A DNA stretch of 53,238 nucleotides, from assembly GCA_016937995.1 (NCBI GenBank), contig JAFGVM010000001.1:1-53238 (forward strand). Direction: 5' to 3'. The notes beneath the pieces were generated by a model, which was given only the letters and a program-made list of their open reading frames with translations, ran no database searches and was not told the origin of the DNA. Below, piece by piece: positions 46,556 to 53,238 of the stretch; position 1 is the stretch's first letter; the number at the start of each line of letters is the position of its first letter. This stretch comes from Candidatus Delongbacteria bacterium (GTDB lineage Bacteria; UBA4055). A program made the position numbers and the translations under genes.

Positions 46556-47857
46556 TTATCCGATTGTTTTTATATATACGCTGTTTATTTCGTCACATGC
46601 CTTATCCCATTTGATAGTCTCAACTTCCTTCCTGCCACTTTCACCGAGCTTATTTCTCTTTTCAGTATCTCTTAACAGATCAAGTATACTTGAAGTCAGA
46701 AGATCAACATCCCAGAAATCAACTTTTACAGCATTTTGTATTACTTCAGCCACACCTGACTGCTTCGAAATAATTGTTGCCAATCCGTATGACATAGCCT
46801 CCAAAGGTGCTATACCAAATGGTTCTGATACTGAACTTAGAACATATATGTCAGAATTCGTGAACATTTCAGCAACGTGCTCACCATTCAGGAATCCTGT
46901 AAAAAGAAAACGGTTCTTTAGTCTGTATTTTGCTGATCTGTGAACTATTTTTCTTTCCATATCCCCCGCCCCGGCCATTATAAACCTTACTTTCGGGAAT
47001 TCTTTAAGAATTCTTTTTGATGCTTCAAGAAAATAATCAGGTCCTTTTTGGAGTGTTATTCTGCCCAGAAAAAGAACTACAGGATCTTTGAATATCTTTT
47101 TTCGATTGATGTACCCTCTGACGTTAATGTTGTGTGCATTGTGCACGATGGACACTTTACCCGTATCTATCAGGTACCTAGATATTACCATCTCGGCAGT
47201 GTAACGGGATACTGCTATTACAGAATCCGCTTCTGTCATTCCCGAATATTCTATATTATGTATCCTAATATCTCCACCACCACCGGCTCTGTCAAATTCT
47301 GTTGCATGAATGTGAGTTACAAGTTTTTTTCCGCTGATCGATCTGGCAATTATCCCTGCTGAATATGTCAACCAGTCATGTGCATGAATAATATCAAAAT
47401 CAAGTATCCTTGCATACTTTTCAGCACGCATTGTAAATTCTTTTACTTTTTCGAATATATCCTCTGTACCCTCCAGATTTTCTATGATCTTTTTAAAAGG
47501 TACTTTGGTTGAGTAGGTATATGATCTGGTGAGCTCTTCAAAGTAGGTGGTTATCTCTGCTTTATTGAAATATGATTCCGGAATCGTGTCAAGACCAAGA
47601 TAACTGTATTTTTCGGATACTGAATGAAAAACCTCTTTAAAATATTCTTCCTGTTTACTTATTGAAATGAACTTGACAGGTAATTCATCTGCATCACTTT
47701 CCTTTCTGAGAGGAAAATATATCTCCTCTTTTGACGGAAGTACAAGATCGACCTCAATACCTTTTTTTAAAAGACCTTTAACTATACCGTAGCAGGCTGT
47801 TCCTAATCCTCCGGATATGAGGGGAGGAAATTCCCATGTGAACATCAGAACTCTCAT
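46556..47857 (-). CDS. GT4 glycosyltransferase (glycogen synthase-like)
   Basis: Start at 47857 (ATGA overlap with upstream stop): MRVLMFTWEFPPLISGGLG; HAHDWLT; GRITLQKG; SEPFGIAPLEA. Confidence 0.92.
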   Translation of the reverse strand: MRVLMFTWEFPPLISGGLGTACYGIVKGLLKKGIEVDLVLPSKEEIYFPLRKESDADELPVKFISISKQEEYFKEVFHSVSEKYSYLGLDTIPESYFNKAEITTYFEELTRSYTYSTKVPFKKIIENLEGTEDIFEKVKEFTMRAEKYARILDFDIIHAHDWLTYSAGIIARSISGKKLVTHIHATEFDRAGGGGDIRIHNIEYSGMTEADSVIAVSRYTAEMVISRYLIDTGKVSIVHNAHNINVRGYINRKKIFKDPVVLFLGRITLQKGPDYFLEASKRILKEFPKVRFIMAGAGDMERKIVHRSAKYRLKNRFLFTGFLNGEHVAEMFTNSDIYVLSSVSEPFGIAPLEAMSYGLATIISKQSGVAEVIQNAVKVDFWDVDLLTSSILDLLRDTEKRNKLGESGRKEVETIKWDKACDEINSVYIKTIG

Positions 47858-49890
47858 TTTCTTGCTCCCGGTTTTTGAAAAATATTTTCTATTTCTACTA
47901 ACGCTGCCACACTCCATGCCTGTGCCGGACATCCCTTAGGAAAGTGAGGATTATCTCCGTCCCAGACCTCAGCAACAGAAGATATGTGTCCTTTTAATAT
48001 TCCAAGTTTGAATTTTTCAATATATGTGTCGATCTGCTCTCTCAACTCCGGTCTTTTAAGTTTCTTTTTATGAGTTTTATAAAAAACGTTTACGAACGGC
48101 CCTAATAGCCATGCCCATACTGTTCCCTGATGATAAGAAAGGTCCAGCTGTGTCTGGTTTCCGATGAACTTCTTTTTAAAAGAACTGTTCCTCGGTGAAA
48201 GAGTTCTGATCCCGTACTGTGTTAATAATTCTGTTTCAGCAAGTTTCCAGCTATTATAAAGTATTTCATCACTCCACAGATCAAAAGGCAAAGAAGCAGC
48301 TATCAGCATGTTCGGTCTGTAATCATCTATAGGAATATCATTTTCCAGCCTGTCTGCAAGATGTCCGTCAACAATGAATTTATTTGCATTTTTCTCGATA
48401 TTTTTAATTATACTGTTTATGTCCTTCAGATTAAATTTGATATTTTTTGGTTTGAACTCACTTATCTTCATGTCTTTAGCGAACATCTGAAATGTTTTAA
48501 GAGCGTTATACCAGAGTGAATTTATCTCAACAGGCTTACCGAACCTTGGGGTCACAGGTTTATTGTATACCTTGGCATCCATCCATGTTAAAGCACTGTC
48601 ACTGTATTTGATGTTTATAAGACCATCATCGTTCATTCCGAAAGGCAGAAGATTATTGAAAGCATAATTGCCCACTATTTCGGTAAGATAAGAAAACAAT
48701 CTTTTCTTAAGTTTTTCATCTTCAATCAAAGAATAACTGTCAAACAGTCTTACTGCAAACCATAATGAAGCATCAACTGAATCATAATTTGTACCTTGTC
48801 CTCCCTCTCCTATCACATTCGGCAGTATCCCTTTCTGAAGTTTCTTCCCGTATTTATCAAGGATATTAAAATATTTCTTTATCCCGTTCTTTTCGTAGAG
48901 AAGGGCTTTCATACTTATCATCGTGTCCCTTCCCCATGCTGAGAACCACGGAAAACCTGCAATTATGTCATCTTTTGTAACGAAAGTATCAAATATATTA
49001 TCAAGAATGTTCGTGTATTTCTTTGCCGGGTAAAGATCTTCATCACTGAATTTTACCTTCGATAGAGAATACTCAGTTTTGATCTTATCAGGGTGATCGT
49101 AAGGAAGATCTGATACAGGATATCTTTTATCAATAGTTCCTGAAGTTCTGATGTGATCGTTTATTATCTCATCTGAGTATAGTATTTCAGCTGTTTCTCC
49201 GGGAGTAAGTTCAAATTTCCACAATACCGGGGCAACCACACTTTCTGAAGCATCATAACCCCTCATGGAATCAAGAGGATAAAAAATATTCCTGAAAATA
49301 ATTCTTTCTTCTTCTATTACACCTTTTGAAGTAGAGAAATAAGCTTTAACTCCTGTATCTTTCCTTTCTACTGAACAAATGTTTTCATCTATTGAAGCTT
49401 CTGTTCGGACTGAATCCCAAATATCAATATCGTTCACACTGTGATGATCTCTTAATGAAAACTTCGGTCTTATCTCGAACTCTACTTTAACCGAGCTCAA
49501 ATTCGCAAAAGAGACTTTTACAATATTCTTACTGTGATGCATTTTGATCTTTTTCAGTATCAGAAAGTCATCTGATTTCGGGACAGATGAAAATAATATC
49601 GTTGGAAAAGGGAGTAGCCATGTTTTTACAATATGCTCATATCCATCAGGATAGATACAGTCAGCATAATTGCTTGAATCAAGATATATTTCTCTGGTCC
49701 TCCATCTTACTTTTTCCTCTTGCGACTGTATAAGATGTGTCCGTTTGAATTTATCATCTGACGCGATAAGAAGCCCGTTGTATTTTCTTTTGTTAACGAA
49801 ATTACCGCTTCCCATTGAGTATCCGCCTTTATTATTCGATAATACCCACTCGTGATGTGTTACTTCGTTAAAATAATAATTAAAATCCAT
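47854..49890 (-). CDS. Amylo-alpha-1,6-glucosidase (archaeal-type glycogen debranching enzyme)
   Basis: EWVLSN...RKYNGLL; AGFPWF.AWGRD; TWMDAK; KPVEINSLW; YHQGTVW; GCPAQAWSVA. Confidence 0.93.
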   Translation of the reverse strand: MDFNYYFNEVTHHEWVLSNNKGGYSMGSGNFVNKRKYNGLLIASDDKFKRTHLIQSQEEKVRWRTREIYLDSSNYADCIYPDGYEHIVKTWLLPFPTILFSSVPKSDDFLILKKIKMHHSKNIVKVSFANLSSVKVEFEIRPKFSLRDHHSVNDIDIWDSVRTEASIDENICSVERKDTGVKAYFSTSKGVIEEERIIFRNIFYPLDSMRGYDASESVVAPVLWKFELTPGETAEILYSDEIINDHIRTSGTIDKRYPVSDLPYDHPDKIKTEYSLSKVKFSDEDLYPAKKYTNILDNIFDTFVTKDDIIAGFPWFSAWGRDTMISMKALLYEKNGIKKYFNILDKYGKKLQKGILPNVIGEGGQGTNYDSVDASLWFAVRLFDSYSLIEDEKLKKRLFSYLTEIVGNYAFNNLLPFGMNDDGLINIKYSDSALTWMDAKVYNKPVTPRFGKPVEINSLWYNALKTFQMFAKDMKISEFKPKNIKFNLKDINSIIKNIEKNANKFIVDGHLADRLENDIPIDDYRPNMLIAASLPFDLWSDEILYNSWKLAETELLTQYGIRTLSPRNSSFKKKFIGNQTQLDLSYHQGTVWAWLLGPFVNVFYKTHKKKLKRPELREQIDTYIEKFKLGILKGHISSVAEVWDGDNPHFPKGCPAQAWSVAALVEIENIFQKPGARK

Positions 49891-49891
49891 T

Positions 49892-51652
49892 TCATAGCTC
49901 CTTTTTATCTTTGATCGCAGGGATTATATTTTTCGAAACTATGTAATCCCAGTCGATTTTCATTGCAAGTGATTGAGCCGTTTCAAGATGATTTTTCAAT
50001 GCTTTATCATCATTGAAAGAAGTGATCTTTTTGAATATTTCTTCTGCATTTTTTTCTATTTCATACTTCTCGATCTCGGTTCTTCTTTCTACGTTAATAT
50101 CCTGAAGCTGACGGATCGTTAGTCTATTAATATTCTCTGTAAAATCGATTATATGAAAAGAGTTCTCTGAAGAACTGTACTTTTCTTTTATCAGACTGCT
50201 GCAGCCGCAAGCATCCGATAATACTGCCAAGCCACCGAACTGGACAGTTTCTATCTGGGCAATACCGAACGGTTCATAGACTGACATTCCAAGTTCTGCA
50301 TCAGAACCGATCCTGAGATCTATCCATTCAGCACTTCTAGGTATCCTGTTACCGCAACTGTGAGCATTAAAACCGAACTGGTTGATGAAAACACACTTTA
50401 TTGACTTTGACTTTGCATTAAAATGTGATACCATATCGTATATTTTAGATTCAAGACCCACAAGATCAGGCCAACCTTCCTTATGAAGTACAGGCCATCC
50501 GTAATCCTTCTCCATTCTAACTATATCATTTGAAGATCTTCCGGTACCGATAAGTGTTGATAAAAGCACATAAAAACCTGTTTTTGAATTTTTGTGGAAC
50601 AATTCATCAAGTTCTTCAAGCAGCATTATATCTCTCCATAGACCTTTACTGTCAACAAGTCTTGTTACATGAGTAAAAGTATGATCCGGAGTAAAATTAA
50701 ACAAATTCCTGCAGTATTCTTGTACGATCAATTTACTTTTTTTCTTAGCTTCCAGATTTATATTTTTTATCGGGATCCCGTTATATACTGTTGCTATTTT
50801 TTTCTCATCTATACCGGGATTTAGGAACTTTATCTCTTTAGCTGTAAATTGACTTACTGCAAATATATGGTCTACCTTATCAGTTCTTTTCACAAGTTCA
50901 TTTCTGTAAAAATCCGATCTATCTCCGAATATATCCTCCATCGATCTATTCTTTCTCTCTCCATGCTCCAGTATTCCATAGAAACAGATATCCTTCCCTT
51001 CATGACCTTCAATGATATTTCTTGCCGTTGAAACTTCATGGGCATAAAATACGGTCTTACAGTTCTTCCTTCTTCCTTTGTCTCTGTCAATACTGACTTT
51101 TAAAACAGATGGCATTCCCATATATTCATGAGAAAAATGTACTATCCTTTCATCTTTTGATATCACTGCATTGAGAATATCCGTGTATGGAACGGCTATT
51201 CTGACATACTGCTCATAATCCCAATCCCCGTATCTTTCGGACTGGATTCCAAAAGATTCCCATAACATAAACTTCAATTTATCTATATGATCCTGGAACA
51301 TATTGTTTATGTGCACTAGTATCGTTTCGGTTTCCTGATAATCGTTGGGATCTGTCTCGCTACTGACGATCCTTTTACCGTAAACAATGCTTATATTGTA
51401 TTTTTTTTCTATCGGTGAGAAAACATGTGTATACTTGTCAATGTCGTACTGATCCAGACCGGAATAGAGTACCACACCGTCTTTTCCTAAACGTGAAGAA
51501 GCTGTTCCTTCTGTGTTAAAAAGCGGTCCGTAAAGGAATGACCTTCCAAAATATTCTTTATAAGGGTCAGCTGTTATTAATCCTGCTATTACTGAACCTA
51601 TTCCACCTATTTTTTGCACTGCTTCATGGGTAATATGAACTGCGATCTTCAA
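49892..51652 (-). CDS. Divergent GT3-like glycogen synthase
   Basis: HEAVQKIGGIGSV (KxGG), HFSHEY, YEPFGIAQIE (E-X7-E); TTG start. Confidence 0.75.
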   Translation of the reverse strand: MKIAVHITHEAVQKIGGIGSVIAGLITADPYKEYFGRSFLYGPLFNTEGTASSRLGKDGVVLYSGLDQYDIDKYTHVFSPIEKKYNISIVYGKRIVSSETDPNDYQETETILVHINNMFQDHIDKLKFMLWESFGIQSERYGDWDYEQYVRIAVPYTDILNAVISKDERIVHFSHEYMGMPSVLKVSIDRDKGRRKNCKTVFYAHEVSTARNIIEGHEGKDICFYGILEHGERKNRSMEDIFGDRSDFYRNELVKRTDKVDHIFAVSQFTAKEIKFLNPGIDEKKIATVYNGIPIKNINLEAKKKSKLIVQEYCRNLFNFTPDHTFTHVTRLVDSKGLWRDIMLLEELDELFHKNSKTGFYVLLSTLIGTGRSSNDIVRMEKDYGWPVLHKEGWPDLVGLESKIYDMVSHFNAKSKSIKCVFINQFGFNAHSCGNRIPRSAEWIDLRIGSDAELGMSVYEPFGIAQIETVQFGGLAVLSDACGCSSLIKEKYSSSENSFHIIDFTENINRLTIRQLQDINVERRTEIEKYEIEKNAEEIFKKITSFNDDKALKNHLETAQSLAMKIDWDYIVSKNIIPAIKDKKEL

Positions 51653-51714
51653 TTTAAGACCCTTAATTTAATTTTGTATTTTTATGATTTATTCCCTCAT
51701 GTATTAATGTATTC

Positions 51715-51743
51715 AATTTAACGAATTTTAACCGTTATTCCAA
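51715..51743 (-). promoter_or_regulatory. Putative promoter of the glucan operon
   Basis: TTGGAA-N17-TAAATT; shares ATTCGTTAAATTG with the GntR promoter. Confidence 0.55.
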
Positions 51744-51798
51744 AGTAAATAAAATAAATTAATAGAAGGTGTTTTAGACGTAACTTCTTAAATAGTGC

Positions 51799-52248
51799 CT
51801 AGTATTTCGAAACTTTAATTTCTTTTGCATAAACCGGTTCTTTCAGGTCTTTACCATAACCTTTTATGTAGATCAGTCGTTTTTCATTATCAGGGATCAA
51901 TACTACCTGATATAAATCAGTCGCATTATCTTTTACATATTTGATCAATGGGTCTTCTACCTTATTTCCTGATTCTCCCGGAAAAGGAGTTAATGCTGAA
52001 TTTAAAGTAGGGATCAGTTTATCAACAGCTTTCTTAGGAGTCCATTCTTCATATCCGCTGTCCTGCATACTCCCCAAGGTCATCTCCACAACATCTACTG
52101 CAGTTTTGATCTTATGCAGATTTGCTGCATCAAGATTATTTTTTACGTTCTTTATATTGTCTTTATTTCCGGTGTTTTCTCCGCATGATAAAATTACAAA
52201 AAACATAACTACGGTTAGGATTTTCAATATTATACTGTATTTCTTCAT
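51799..52248 (-). CDS. Hypothetical lipoprotein
   Basis: AAGGAGG RBS; lipobox ILSC. Confidence 0.8.
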   Translation of the reverse strand: MKKYSIILKILTVVMFFVILSCGENTGNKDNIKNVKNNLDAANLHKIKTAVDVVEMTLGSMQDSGYEEWTPKKAVDKLIPTLNSALTPFPGESGNKVEDPLIKYVKDNATDLYQVVLIPDNEKRLIYIKGYGKDLKEPVYAKEIKVSKY

Positions 52249-52457
52249 TTTAACCTCCTTTTAACTATACTAAGAAATTATCGAATTTCTCATTCCAAGT
52301 CAAGAACTACAAAAAATTAAAATAATTTTTATTACTTTAGGTCATGCAAAAGTAAAGAGAGAATACTTATATTTCATTTTTCTTTCTTGATTTCAACTTA
52401 GTTCAGCTATATATTTTACTAATAATAGTTAATCCCAAAACAACACAGGACAATATC

Positions 52458-53238
52458 ATGAAAAAGTTAATTTTACTATTAGTTATATTCCTATCAGTAA
52501 ACCTCTTTTCATTTGAATTAATGAAATTCATCATCGTCGAATCTCCCAAAGATGACATTTCTGAAATGAAAAAACTCACAAAACCGAATTTCAAGACCGG
52601 TGACACAATGTACATGGTATTCGATCTAAGTAATTGTAATATGAAGAACAACAAAGCATCACTAATATACACTTATGAACTTCAGGCAAACATGAAATCT
52701 GTTTACAAATCTACACCTGAAATTCTCAGACCGGGAACGCAGAGTTTCTGGTATCTGATCGAGCATCAGCTTAATACAGGACCGGGAATGTATGAAGGAA
52801 TTCTTACAGTTAAGGATAATAATTCAGGACAGGAAGAACATAGGACTGTTGTATTCAGATTGAAGAAAGGAAAATCGACTGGATTTGTTAAAACAAAAGC
52901 AGAACCGGTTGTGCAGGAAGAAATTCCTGTATCGATCGAACCAGAGATAAATACTCCGTCGACCGGGAATGTAGATCTTAGTGTATCATCAGGATCATTT
53001 ATCAGCGAGAACGGTCTGCTGTCTCTCGATAAGAATGTTTATTTCCCTGATGAAGAAATCAAAGTAACATTCAAAGTTATGAAACATTTTAGCTCTAGTG
53101 CATGGATAGGAATCCTTCCGTATGACTGTCCTCATGGTTCAGAAAAGGTAAATGATGAGAATGATCTAGGTTACAAACATCTGAAATATGAGAAATACAA
53201 GGGTGGTGGTACTATGATTATGAAAGCTCCGAGGAAAC
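52458..53238 (+). CDS. Exported protein with Ig-like domains, truncated at the right edge
   Basis: Not in the ORF track; translated by hand: MKKLILLLVIFLSVNLFS..., PGMYEGILTVKDNNSG, LSLDKNVYFPDEEIKVTF...AWIGILP; no stop before the window end; AGGA RBS. Confidence 0.8.
   Translation, partial: MKKLILLLVIFLSVNLFSFELMKFIIVESPKDDISEMKKLTKPNFKTGDTMYMVFDLSNCNMKNNKASLIYTYELQANMKSVYKSTPEILRPGTQSFWYLIEHQLNTGPGMYEGILTVKDNNSGQEEHRTVVFRLKKGKSTGFVKTKAEPVVQEEIPVSIEPEINTPSTGNVDLSVSSGSFISENGLLSLDKNVYFPDEEIKVTFKVMKHFSSSAWIGILPYDCPHGSEKVNDENDLGYKHLKYEKYKGGGTMIMKAPRK

Noticed and set aside
47858-47932. Longer GT4 start at 47932
   Set aside because: It overlaps the conserved C-terminus of the debranching enzyme; 47857 gives the family-typical MRVLM start with ATGA coupling.
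52403-52672. Minus-strand 89-aa ORF
   Set aside because: Antisense to the signal-peptide ORF starting at 52458.

Overview
AT-rich, gene-dense bacterial chromosome segment, most likely from an FCB-group lineage outside Bacteroidetes. The lpxC-fabZ fusion, porV and T9SS C-terminal domain point to FCB, while AGGAG Shine-Dalgarno sites and TTGNNN-N17-TANATT promoters argue against Bacteroidetes; Ca. Delongbacteria/Cloacimonadota-like is an inference. Contents, left to right: a YtrA-type GntR/ABC unit; two 6-bladed-propeller lipoproteins and another propeller lipoprotein; a long minus-strand run (FKBP, three cyclophilins, folD, porV, a catalytically degenerate M6-like T9SS cargo, a gluzincin/PD40/Omp85-like hybrid, two paralogous membrane proteins, site-2 protease, tatD); a SAM methyltransferase; an exported WD40-caspase; a disrupted dCache sensor; lpxC-fabZ/lpxA/LplA-like/OMP; ddl; MFS; a PAS-only protein; parvulin; rnr; TPR; dacB; YciI; and a five-gene alpha-glucan operon (GT3-like, debranching enzyme, GT4, GH57, GlgP). 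I saw no rRNA, tRNA, CRISPR array or transposase. The most striking non-coding signal is a stereotyped, directional intergenic cassette (heptamer tandem repeats, then a GTAG-type REP hairpin, then an ...ATGACA-ending palindrome) that recurs in the same order at several loci.
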